From assembly GCA_963705305.1 (NCBI GenBank), contig OY970067.1, positions 3,424,001 through 3,488,000 on the forward strand: DNA of 64,000 nucleotides. Direction: 5' to 3'. This document shows, piece by piece, positions 56,177-64,000 of the stretch (positions are counted from its first letter, which is position 1; each line of letters begins with the position of its first letter). The DNA comes from an uncultured Methylomirabilota bacterium. GTDB lineage: Bacteria > Methylomirabilota > Methylomirabilia > Methylomirabilales > 2-02-FULL-66-22. The notes beneath the pieces were generated by a model, which was given only the letters and a program-made list of their open reading frames with translations, did not search any database and was not told the DNA's origin. The position numbers and the translations under genes are program-made.

Positions 56177-57501
56177 TGCGTGGACGGACGTGGATCGCCC
56201 TCGGGGCGATTGGATTGATGGGATGGGCCGCCGCCCTTCCGGCCCGGGCACAGGTGATCCAGCGCGAGCTGCGCGAGCGGGTCGTGCCCAAGGTCACCTT
56301 GGCCATCGCGGGGTTCGGCCCCTTCGTCGAGCAGGGACAGGACCTCGGAAAGCTGGGTGCCTCCATCCTGGCCGGCGACCTGACGTTCACCACCGTATTC
56401 GACGTGATGGATTCGGCCACACTGCCCTTCGATCCGCGGACCGTCCAGCCGGATCAGGAAAAGGTGCTGTTTCCGGGGCTCAGCTCCCTCAGGGTGCAGC
56501 AGCTGGCCGAGGGCCAGGTGTCCAGCCGGGGGCCCGAGGTCGTGGTGGAGGGACGCCTCTTCGATGTGGGCACGGGGAACATGATTTTCGGCAAGCGGTA
56601 CGTCGGGGATCCGAAGTTCTTCCGGCTCATCATTCACCGCTTCGCGGACGACATCCTGTTTCATGTGACCGGAGAGCGGGGGGTGGCCCAGACGCAGATC
56701 GCCTACGTGTCGGCTATCAGTCGCACCGAAAAAGAGCTTTACGTCATGGATTACGACGGGGCCAACCCCGTCCCCATCACCGGGAATCACTCGATCAACC
56801 TGTCGCCCCGCTGGTCGCCGGACGGCCACCTGCTAGCATACACGTCGTACCAGCTGGACCCCAAGACCCGGCGGGACAACCCGAATCTCCTGGTGCTCAA
56901 TTGGGACAGCGGCCGCCGGAGCGTCCTGTCCGCCCGGCCCGGCCTCAACATCACGCCCGCCTGGTCCCCCGACGGCCGGTGGATCGTCCTGGCCATGAGC
57001 GCGGGGGGCGGGACCAATCTCTTCCTCATGCCCAAGGGCGGGGGCAAGGCGACGCCGCTGACCGCCGGGACCGCCGTCTCGGTGTCCCCCTCCTTTTCCC
57101 CCAACGGCCGGCAGATCGTCTTCAACTCGGACCGCGGGGGGACGCCCCAGATCTACGTGGTGGATGTGGACGGCTCCAATCTGCGCCGGATCACCTTCCA
57201 GGGGAGCTACAACTCCTCTCCGCGCTGGTCGCCGCGGGGTGACAAGATCGCCTTCATGTGCCGCCTGGCGGGAAACCAGATCTGCCTGATCGACCCCGAC
57301 GGATCGGAGCTCGCGCAGCTCACCACCCTGGGGAGCAACGAGGATCCGGACTGGTCCCCCGACGGCCGGCACCTCGTCTTCAGCTCGACACGGATGGGCC
57401 ACCGGGATATTTTCGTCATGCACGCCGATGGAACGGAGCAAACCCGCCTGACGAACAACGGCAGGGACAACTACCTCCCCGACTGGGGTCCGGCCCCCTA
57501 G
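56173..57501 (+). CDS. tolB: Tol-Pal beta-propeller protein
   Basis: HRFADDI...TGERG, repeated P.WSPDG (PD40) units. Confidence 0.95.
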   Translation: MMRGRTWIALGAIGLMGWAAALPARAQVIQRELRERVVPKVTLAIAGFGPFVEQGQDLGKLGASILAGDLTFTTVFDVMDSATLPFDPRTVQPDQEKVLFPGLSSLRVQQLAEGQVSSRGPEVVVEGRLFDVGTGNMIFGKRYVGDPKFFRLIIHRFADDILFHVTGERGVAQTQIAYVSAISRTEKELYVMDYDGANPVPITGNHSINLSPRWSPDGHLLAYTSYQLDPKTRRDNPNLLVLNWDSGRRSVLSARPGLNITPAWSPDGRWIVLAMSAGGGTNLFLMPKGGGKATPLTAGTAVSVSPSFSPNGRQIVFNSDRGGTPQIYVVDVDGSNLRRITFQGSYNSSPRWSPRGDKIAFMCRLAGNQICLIDPDGSELAQLTTLGSNEDPDWSPDGRHLVFSSTRMGHRDIFVMHADGTEQTRLTNNGRDNYLPDWGPAP

Positions 57502-57533
57502 CGGCTTTCCCGACCGAAGGAGGTGGACTGGTC

Positions 57534-58172
57534 GTGCCACACGGACGATGGGTGAATGGGCTGCGGCTGATCGGACTCTGCCTCCTGGTCGGCGTGGCCC
57601 TCCTGGGGTGTGCCAAGCAACCCGAGCTGGGGACGGCCGGGCCCGCTGGCATGGGACCGTCAGCCGTGACGGCGCCTGCCGGCCCGGGCAGCCCCGCGAC
57701 CGGGGCGCCGGGATCGAGCGGGGGCGAGATCGCGGTGACCCGGCCCACGCTGCCCACGGAAACACCCATAGAATCCCGGCCCTCCCTCTCCTCTCCGGCT
57801 GCGGGGACGGTCTCGGGAGCGGGCGCCCAGGCCGCCTCGGCCCTCCAGGATGTGTTCTTCGACTACGACAGCTCTGCCATCCGCGGGGACCAGCAGAGCG
57901 TGCTGGCCGCCGACGTAGCCTGGCTGCAGGCCAACCCCGGGGTGCGCCTGAGCCTAGAGGGGCACTGCGACGAGCGCGGCACGCCGGAGTTCAACCTCGC
58001 CCTGGGAGATCGTCGCGCCAAGGCGGTGAGGGCGTACCTGGTGGCCGCCGGCGTCGGGGCGGATCGGATCACGACCATCAGCTACGGAGAGGAACGTCCA
58101 TTTGTGCCGGGCCACGACGAGAGCGCCTGGCGGTGGAACCGCCGGGTCCACTTCGTGGTCGCCGTGCCCTGA
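57534..58172 (+). CDS. pal: Peptidoglycan-associated lipoprotein
   Basis: AAGGAGG RBS; LLGC lipobox; FFDYD, EGHCDERG..EFNLALG.RRA, SYGEERP, NRRV. Confidence 0.95.
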   Translation: MPHGRWVNGLRLIGLCLLVGVALLGCAKQPELGTAGPAGMGPSAVTAPAGPGSPATGAPGSSGGEIAVTRPTLPTETPIESRPSLSSPAAGTVSGAGAQAASALQDVFFDYDSSAIRGDQQSVLAADVAWLQANPGVRLSLEGHCDERGTPEFNLALGDRRAKAVRAYLVAAGVGADRITTISYGEERPFVPGHDESAWRWNRRVHFVVAVP

Positions 58173-58264
58173 CGGCAGCAGTGAACAACTGACCCACAGG
58201 CCGCCTGCGCCGCCTGCTTGGGCGGCGCCCAGGCGCGACGAGGGAGAGAACCTTGGACGCAATC

Positions 58265-59383
58265 ATGATCAAACGGACACGCAGCGCATGGCGAACGGGG
58301 GCTCTGCTCCTGGGTGCGATCAGCCTCCTCGGCGGCTGCGCAACCCCCGAGGACATTACCACCCTCCGCCAAGACATGCTCCGCCTCCGCCAGGACATGG
58401 CCGGCCTGGCCAAGGCCGACGAGGGGGCCCGCGCCTTCACGGACGAGCGGCTGAGCAAGCTGGAGACGGAGTTCCGCAACCAGTTCGAATCCTCGGTGAA
58501 GGAGAGCGAGGGATCGCGCGTCGCGCTGAACCAGCGGCTGGACGAGCTGTCCACGGAAACCAGCTTCGTCCAGGGAAAGCTGGAGGAGAACGCCTCCACG
58601 CTGCGTGACCTGAACACCCGGCTGGACGACATGAGCCAGCAGGTCCGCCAGACCGGGCAGCGCCTGGACAGCATGGATCAGCAGGTGCGGACCCTCGACC
58701 AGGAGGTCAAGGCCTGGCGGCAGCCGCCGCTGGTGGCTCCGGCGCCGGGACAGGTCTTCGGTCAGATGCCGACCACCGCGCCCGGACAGGCCACGCCGCC
58801 GCCCTCCGGCTCGCCGGCGCTCCCCACAGTGCAATCGCCCGCCGCGGCTCTCCCGCTCCATCAGGCGGGCGTCCCGCAGCCCCCGGCGGTGCAGCCGCCG
58901 CCGGCGACGTTTCCGTCCTCGCAGTCGCCGATGGCATCGCTGCCCTCGGCCACCCTTCCGTCGGCGCCGCCGACACCGGCAGCTCCGGCGCCCGCCCCCC
59001 CGGCCGTCCTGCCGCCCGAGGATCTGTACAAGAGCGCTCTGAGCGATTACACCCGAGGGGATTACGACCTGGCCATCGCCGGCTTCCGCAGCTACATCCA
59101 GAACTACCCCAAGACCAGCCTGGTTCCGAACGCCGAGTACTGGCTGGGCGAGTCCTACTATGGCCAGAAGAGCTACACCCAGGCCATCGAGGCATTCGGC
59201 GGCGTCATTCGTGACTATCCCGACAGCCCCAAGGTCCCCAGCGCGATGTTCAAGCAGGGGGATGCGTATCTTCAGCTGGGGGATGCCCAGAAAGGGACGA
59301 GTGCGCTCTGCGAGTTGATCGCCAAGTTTCCGAGGACCCGGGAGGCCCGGCTGGCGCGGGAGCGCAACCTGAAGTGCCGGTGA
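58265..59383 (+). CDS. cpoB: Tol-Pal associated CpoB/YbgF (lipoprotein; coiled coil, Pro-rich linker, TPR)
   Basis: LGGC lipobox; F..YI..YP....PNAEYWLGESYY, YPDSPKVPSAMFK. Confidence 0.9.
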   Translation: MIKRTRSAWRTGALLLGAISLLGGCATPEDITTLRQDMLRLRQDMAGLAKADEGARAFTDERLSKLETEFRNQFESSVKESEGSRVALNQRLDELSTETSFVQGKLEENASTLRDLNTRLDDMSQQVRQTGQRLDSMDQQVRTLDQEVKAWRQPPLVAPAPGQVFGQMPTTAPGQATPPPSGSPALPTVQSPAAALPLHQAGVPQPPAVQPPPATFPSSQSPMASLPSATLPSAPPTPAAPAPAPPAVLPPEDLYKSALSDYTRGDYDLAIAGFRSYIQNYPKTSLVPNAEYWLGESYYGQKSYTQAIEAFGGVIRDYPDSPKVPSAMFKQGDAYLQLGDAQKGTSALCELIAKFPRTREARLARERNLKCR

Positions 59384-59408
59384 GTTGATTCGGGCGGGGA
59401 AACAGCAA

Positions 59409-59450
59409 CGGCGGCGCCTTCCTCAGGGGAGGGCGCCGCCGGATTTTTTT
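59409..59450 (+). terminator. Intrinsic terminator of the tol-pal operon
   Basis: CGGCGGCGCCTTCC/GGAGGGCGCCGCCG stem followed by T7. Confidence 0.88.
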
Positions 59451-59475
59451 GGAGGCTGGGCGGGGGACCGCTTAG

Positions 59476-59747
59476 CAGGATGCTGAAAAACCTGTCTTCG
59501 CCCAGGCTGCTCAAAAAGGTCCAGATGTCCCTCGACTTCGCTCGGGACCGTGAGCGGTTCGACTGTGCTCACCGCCCTGAGCTTGTCGAAGGGCCCGCCG
59601 AACGGCAAGGCGGCCTCACCCATCCCTCGGGATGGGTACCCGGGGCCGAGTGAGGCGTACTTCCGGTACGCCGCAGCGAGCGCCCGAGCGCGCGGGGCAC
59701 CCATCCGAAGGATGGGTCTCGGCAGATGGGCCTTTTTCAGCAGCCTG
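59476..59747 (-). mobile_element. MITE family A copy 5
   Basis: Nearly identical to copy 1 in reverse, with one additional hairpin; TTAG duplicated at 59472 and 59748, the latter containing the dnaA stop. Confidence 0.88.
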
Positions 59748-61121
59748 TTAGGGGGTCAGCCGCACGCTCAACTCTTCGATCTGCTTGCGAAATACCTCTT
59801 CGCCGGCGATCATCCGCTTGACCTTCTCGCAGGCATGGATGACCGTCGAGTGATCCTTGCCGCCAAAGCCGTCCCCGATGTCCGGCAGGGACGCCTTGAC
59901 GATCTCCCGGCACAGGTACATGGCGATCTGGCGGGGCAGAACGATGGACTTGTTCCTCCCGCGGGAGCGGAGGTCGTCCACCCGCACTCCGAAGAACTCC
60001 GCCACGGCCTTCTGGATAGCCGAGATCGTCGGCAGGCGCTGCTGTTCCGCGGTCAGCTCTTTCAGGACCTCCTGGGCCAGCTCCAGGCTCACCTCCCGGT
60101 TGGTGAAGGAGGCATGGGCCACCAGGCGCACCAGCGAGCCCTCCAGCTCGCGGATGTTGGACTTCACGTGCTTGGCGATGAAGAGCGAGACCTCGTCCGG
60201 CAGGCGTACCCCTTGGGCCTGGGCCTTCTTCCGCAGGATGGCCGCCTTCGTCTCCAGGTCCGGCGGCTGGATGTCGGCGATCAGCCCCCACTCGAACCGC
60301 GACCGCAGCCGCTCCTCCAGCGTCGGGATCTCGCGAGGCAGGCTGTCGGAGCTGATGACGATCTGCTTGGAAGAATCGTACAGATCGTTGAAGGTGTGGA
60401 AGAACTCCTCCTGCGTCCGCTCTTTCCCCGCGATGAACTGGATATCGTCGATCAGGAGGAGGTCCAGGCTCCGGTAGCGGTTGCGGAACTCGACGGTGGC
60501 ATCGAAGCGGATGGCGTTGATGAGGTCGTTGGTGAACTTCTCGGAAGAGACATACGAGACCTTGATCCGCGAGTCCCGCGTTCGGGCCAGGTTGCCGATG
60601 GCGTGCAGCAGGTGGGTCTTGCCCAGCCCCACCCCGCCGTAGATGAAGAGCGGGTTGTACGTCTTGGACAGCTGCTCCGCCACGGCCATGGAGGCGGCGT
60701 GGGCGAACTGGTTGCTGGTGCCCACGACAAAGGAGTCGAAGGTGTACTTCGGATTGAGCTGGGACACCCCTTCGCGCTGGCGCCGCGATGTGCGGCGGTC
60801 GGCGGTCTCCTCCCGGGGAAGGGAGATCACCGGTGTCTCCCGGTCCCGGTCCGGCAGGACCAGGGTCAATTCGACCTTGGTGAACATGAGATCTTCCAGG
60901 GCGGACCGCAACAGACCCAGATAGTGCTCCTCGAACCATTCCTTAAAGAAGCGGTTGGGGAGCAGCACCCGAAATCGGTGATCCTCGATGGCCCCCAAGG
61001 TCAAGGGACGGAACCAGGCTTCGAAGCTCTGCCGACTGATGCGGCTGCGGATGACCGCCAGTGCTTCCTCCCAGAGATCCCGCCCATTCCGCGCCGACAC
61101 CGAAGCGTCCGTGCCCGGCAT
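59748..61121 (-). CDS. dnaA: Chromosomal replication initiator
   Basis: LNPKYTFDSFVVG, YNPLFIYGGVGLGKTHLL, LLIDDIQF, RLRSRFEWGL, KDHSTV.HA; GGAGG RBS. Confidence 0.98.
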   Translation of the reverse strand: MPGTDASVSARNGRDLWEEALAVIRSRISRQSFEAWFRPLTLGAIEDHRFRVLLPNRFFKEWFEEHYLGLLRSALEDLMFTKVELTLVLPDRDRETPVISLPREETADRRTSRRQREGVSQLNPKYTFDSFVVGTSNQFAHAASMAVAEQLSKTYNPLFIYGGVGLGKTHLLHAIGNLARTRDSRIKVSYVSSEKFTNDLINAIRFDATVEFRNRYRSLDLLLIDDIQFIAGKERTQEEFFHTFNDLYDSSKQIVISSDSLPREIPTLEERLRSRFEWGLIADIQPPDLETKAAILRKKAQAQGVRLPDEVSLFIAKHVKSNIRELEGSLVRLVAHASFTNREVSLELAQEVLKELTAEQQRLPTISAIQKAVAEFFGVRVDDLRSRGRNKSIVLPRQIAMYLCREIVKASLPDIGDGFGGKDHSTVIHACEKVKRMIAGEEVFRKQIEELSVRLTP

Positions 61122-61140
61122 GCCCAACCCTCCGATCAAG

Positions 61141-61380
61141 TTATCCACAATCCATCCAATAGGCAAACATCCTGCAATTTCAAGGTCAATTGGCTGCTGA
61201 AGTCCGTGGAGGCCCTCCCAGAGCGGGCTCGGAGTTATCCACAGCTTTCTCCACAGATGTGGATAACTGGAAGTCCTCTGTTTCGTTGGATCTTCGGGAG
61301 TTGTCCCCAAACACGACGGGATGTTGGATGTACCGATAAGTATACAACATATTGAAAATAAATAGTTTCTTAGATCAATG
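61141..61380. promoter_or_regulatory. DnaA-box cluster plus AT-rich tract (probable oriC or dnaA autoregulatory region)
   Basis: TTATCCACA at 61141 and 61235, TTCTCCACA at 61247, TGTGGATAA at 61258; AT-rich segment at about 61337-61378. Confidence 0.8.
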
Positions 61381-61598
61381 AGACGTTGGGCCCCCCTTTT
61401 AGCGCACCCTTCCAATGGGTGTCAAGCCTCTTTTTAGGAAAAAAAATCATCACCGGAAGTCCTTGTATTCTTGGCAGTTTCGCAGGGAGGAAAAAGGAGG
61501 GGGGCGGGCTGGCGCGGCTGGACGCCCCGGGTCCACGCCGAATCGCCCGTCTCAGGGAGAATGGGGTTCTGGTCCGGAGCGCCCGGTGGGCATTTCCC

Positions 61599-61628
61599 TT
61601 GACACCCCCTTTCAAGCTGAAATAAATT
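61599..61628 (+). promoter_or_regulatory. Putative sigma70 promoter of the ABC importer
   Basis: TTGACA-N18-TAAATT. Confidence 0.55.
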
Positions 61629-61752
61629 GAGACTTCTTTCCGGGGCTCCGTAGCGTCGGGGCCCGCCGCATGGACGGATCTTCGCCGCTTGAGCCGCAGA
61701 ATGTGGCCAGGGGTGGAAGTCGGGGGTGGGTCGGCGGGACAAGGAGACGCGT

Positions 61753-62970
61753 GTGAAGGCATCCAGCGTGATCATCATGGTAGGGCTCGGCCTGTGGCTG
61801 TGCGGGTCCGCGCCGAGCGCGGCGGCCCAGACGCCCATCCGGATCGGCGAGATCAACTCCTACACCGGCATCGCCGCCGGGTTCACCCTCCCCTACCGGG
61901 AGGCGATCGAGATGGCAGTGGACGAGGTGAATTCGGGCGGGGGCCTCCTGGGCCGGAAAGTGGAGGTGCTCTTCCGGGACGACAAGGGGAGCCCCCCCGA
62001 GGCGATCCGCCACGCGCAGGAATTGGTCGGGGCGGAGAAGGTGGCCCTGCTGGCAGGGACCTTTCTCAGCAACGTGGGGCTGGCCGTCTCCGACTTCGCC
62101 CGCCAGAACAAGACCCTCTTCGTGGCCGCCGAGCCTTTGACGGAGGCGCTCACCTGGTCCAAGGGGCACCGCTATGTCTTCCGTGTCCGCCCCAACACCT
62201 ACGAGCAGGGGCGGATTCTCGCCGAGCGCGCGGCCAAGCTCCCCTACCGGAAGTGGGCGGTCATCGGGCCCAACTACGAGTACGGCCGGCGTGCCTGGGA
62301 GACGTTCTGGGAGCGGCTCCGGGAGCTGAAGCCGGATGTCGAGCTGGTGGGCGAGCACTGGCCGACGCTGGGCAAGATCGAGCCCTCGGGCTACGTCACC
62401 GCCCTCCTGGGCCAGCGGCCGGAAGCCGTCTATGTCTCGCTCTTCGGCAGCGACTGGATCGCCTTCGTGCGCGAGGCCGGCAAGCGGGGCCTCTTCCGGC
62501 AGGCCTTCTTTGCCGGCCCCCTTCTGGGCGAGCCGGAGTACATGGACCCGCTCGGCCTGGAGGCCCCGGAGGGGGTCCTGGTCACGGGCTATCCGTGGTA
62601 CGACATCCAGACACCGGCCCACCGGGCGTTCGTCAAGGCCTTTACGGCCCGGACGGGGCACCATCCCGTGATGGGGAGCCTGGTGGGCTACATCACCTTT
62701 TCGTCCATCTTTCAGGCCATCCGGAAGGCCCGGAGCACCGACACCGAGCGGCTGATATCCGCCCTGGAAGGGCTGCGCGTCGAGACTCCCATCGGGCCCA
62801 TCACCTATCGCCCCTTCGACCACCAGTCCACCATGGGGGTCTGGGTGGGCCTGACCCGGCGGGATACCGCGCGGGGCGTCGGGGTGATGGCGGATTGGCA
62901 GTACGTCCCCGGCGAGAAGATGCTTCCATCCGAGACCGAGGTGATGAAGATGCGGCAGGCGGCCCGCTGA
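61753..62970 (+). CDS. Liv-type (branched-chain amino acid family) ABC substrate-binding protein
   Basis: AAGGAG RBS; signal peptide; IRIGEINSY, GGLLGRKVE...RDD, YVFRVRP, PNYEYG. Confidence 0.92.
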   Translation: MKASSVIIMVGLGLWLCGSAPSAAAQTPIRIGEINSYTGIAAGFTLPYREAIEMAVDEVNSGGGLLGRKVEVLFRDDKGSPPEAIRHAQELVGAEKVALLAGTFLSNVGLAVSDFARQNKTLFVAAEPLTEALTWSKGHRYVFRVRPNTYEQGRILAERAAKLPYRKWAVIGPNYEYGRRAWETFWERLRELKPDVELVGEHWPTLGKIEPSGYVTALLGQRPEAVYVSLFGSDWIAFVREAGKRGLFRQAFFAGPLLGEPEYMDPLGLEAPEGVLVTGYPWYDIQTPAHRAFVKAFTARTGHHPVMGSLVGYITFSSIFQAIRKARSTDTERLISALEGLRVETPIGPITYRPFDHQSTMGVWVGLTRRDTARGVGVMADWQYVPGEKMLPSETEVMKMRQAAR

Positions 62971-63033
62971 GTCCGGCATCCGGCCGGGGGTGACCGCGGG
63001 CCGCCCGGCGTGATTGGCCGCATCCTTTATTCC

Positions 63034-64000
63034 ATGTCCCTCATCGCTGTCCAGTTCCTCACCGGCCTGACCAACGCGATGTTCCTGTTCCTCATCGCCT
63101 CGGGTCTCTCCCTCATCTTCGGCGTGACCCGCATCCTGAACTTTGCGCACGGCTCTTTTTTTATGCTGGCGGCCTATCTCACCGCCTCGCTTGCCAGCGG
63201 CTTGCCGGTGGGGGTAGGGGGCTTCTACGGCGGGGTCCTGCTGGCTCCCCTGGCGGTGGCGCTCCTGGGCGGGGCCGTCGAGGTCTGCCTCTTGCGCCGG
63301 ATCTACCGGGCGCCGGAGCTGTATCAGCTTGTGCTGACGTTCGCCCTGGTCCTGGTGATCGGCGCCGGGGTGCGGTTCTTCTGGGGAGCGGAAAACCGGA
63401 CCGGGCCCACCGCGCCGGGCCTGACGGGGGCCGTCCCCATCCTGGGCCAGCTGTTCCCGACCTACGATCTGGCGGTCCTGGCGCTCGGTCCCCTGGTGGC
63501 CTTGGGGCTCTGGGGGCTGCTATACCACACCCGCTGGGGGATCCTCATCCGCGCAGCCACCCACGACCGGGAGATGGTGGGCGCGCTGGGCGTGAACCAG
63601 GCCCGGCTGTTCACCGGCGTGTTCATCCTGGGGTCGTGGCTGGCTGGCCTGGCGGGGGCGCTCCAGGCGCCCCGGCAGGCCCTCAGCACGGTGATGGACG
63701 CCCGGGTGATCGTGGAAGCCTTCGTCGTGGTCGTCATCGGAGGGATGGGCAGTGTGTGGGGGGCACTTCTGGGGGCCCTGCTGATCGGCTTCCTGCAGGC
63801 CTTCGGGATTCTCTGGCTGCCGCGCGAGCTGCACCTGGTGCTGGCCTCGGTGCTCATGGCGGCCGTCCTCATCCTGCGGCCATGGGGGCTCTTGGGCCGG
63901 CCCATGATCACCGCCCGGTCGGCTGGCGCCGAGACGCCTCTCTTGCCTGCAGCCGGACCGCGGCCCGCCCGCTGGGGGATCGTCGCCCTGGTGCTGCTGC
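63034..64000 (+). CDS. LivH-type ABC permease, probably fused to a LivM-type domain; 3'-truncated
   Basis: MSLIAVQFLTGL...LIASGLSLIFGVTRILNFAHG, TRWGILIRA, VVIGGMGS, RPWGLLG, then continues without a stop into another TM helix; absent from the ORF track because it has no stop in the window. Confidence 0.9.
   Translation, partial: MSLIAVQFLTGLTNAMFLFLIASGLSLIFGVTRILNFAHGSFFMLAAYLTASLASGLPVGVGGFYGGVLLAPLAVALLGGAVEVCLLRRIYRAPELYQLVLTFALVLVIGAGVRFFWGAENRTGPTAPGLTGAVPILGQLFPTYDLAVLALGPLVALGLWGLLYHTRWGILIRAATHDREMVGALGVNQARLFTGVFILGSWLAGLAGALQAPRQALSTVMDARVIVEAFVVVVIGGMGSVWGALLGALLIGFLQAFGILWLPRELHLVLASVLMAAVLILRPWGLLGRPMITARSAGAETPLLPAAGPRPARWGIVALVLL

Noticed and set aside
59423..59704. 93-aa ORF, and the similar 45207..45509 ORF, as genes
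   Set aside because: They are translations of MITE copies, without RBS or transposase motifs

Overview
GC-rich chromosomal window from a diderm (LPS-making) bacterium. The gene content is loosely reminiscent of Methylomirabilota/Rokubacteria-type genomes, but that is an unverified impression. Most of it is housekeeping, in order: an LPS/surface-glycan cluster (GT9, GT4, CgeB-like and ArnT-like glycosyltransferases, DegT, kdsD, kdsC); ptsI-metK-ahcY; lptFG and comEC; xseAB-ispA-dxs-tlyA-nadK-recN; a cobalamin uptake operon (btuFCD-btuB-tonB) with two cobalamin riboswitches; hpnD-ispH; an ABC-2 exporter; bacillithiol genes bshC-bshA; tolQRAB-pal-cpoB; dnaA with an upstream DnaA-box cluster (probable oriC); and the start of a Liv-type ABC importer. 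No rRNA, tRNA, CRISPR array or transposase was recognised. The most unusual signal is non-coding: a nested set of non-autonomous elements. Five copies of one MITE (CAGGCTGCTGAAAAA ends, 4-bp duplications that contain stop codons) and two copies of a second MITE (AGTGT...ACACT ends) carry different combinations of small palindromic modules, including a 39-nt hairpin inserted inside another 39-nt hairpin. One MITE copy sits in frame at the start of a tonB gene. Other points: heptamer micro-repeat arrays (one supplies the kdsC start codon), riboswitches with an extra hairpin in L4, an unassigned structured RNA candidate after ahcY, two small proteins that are easy to miss, and four single-base frameshifts that may be assembly errors.
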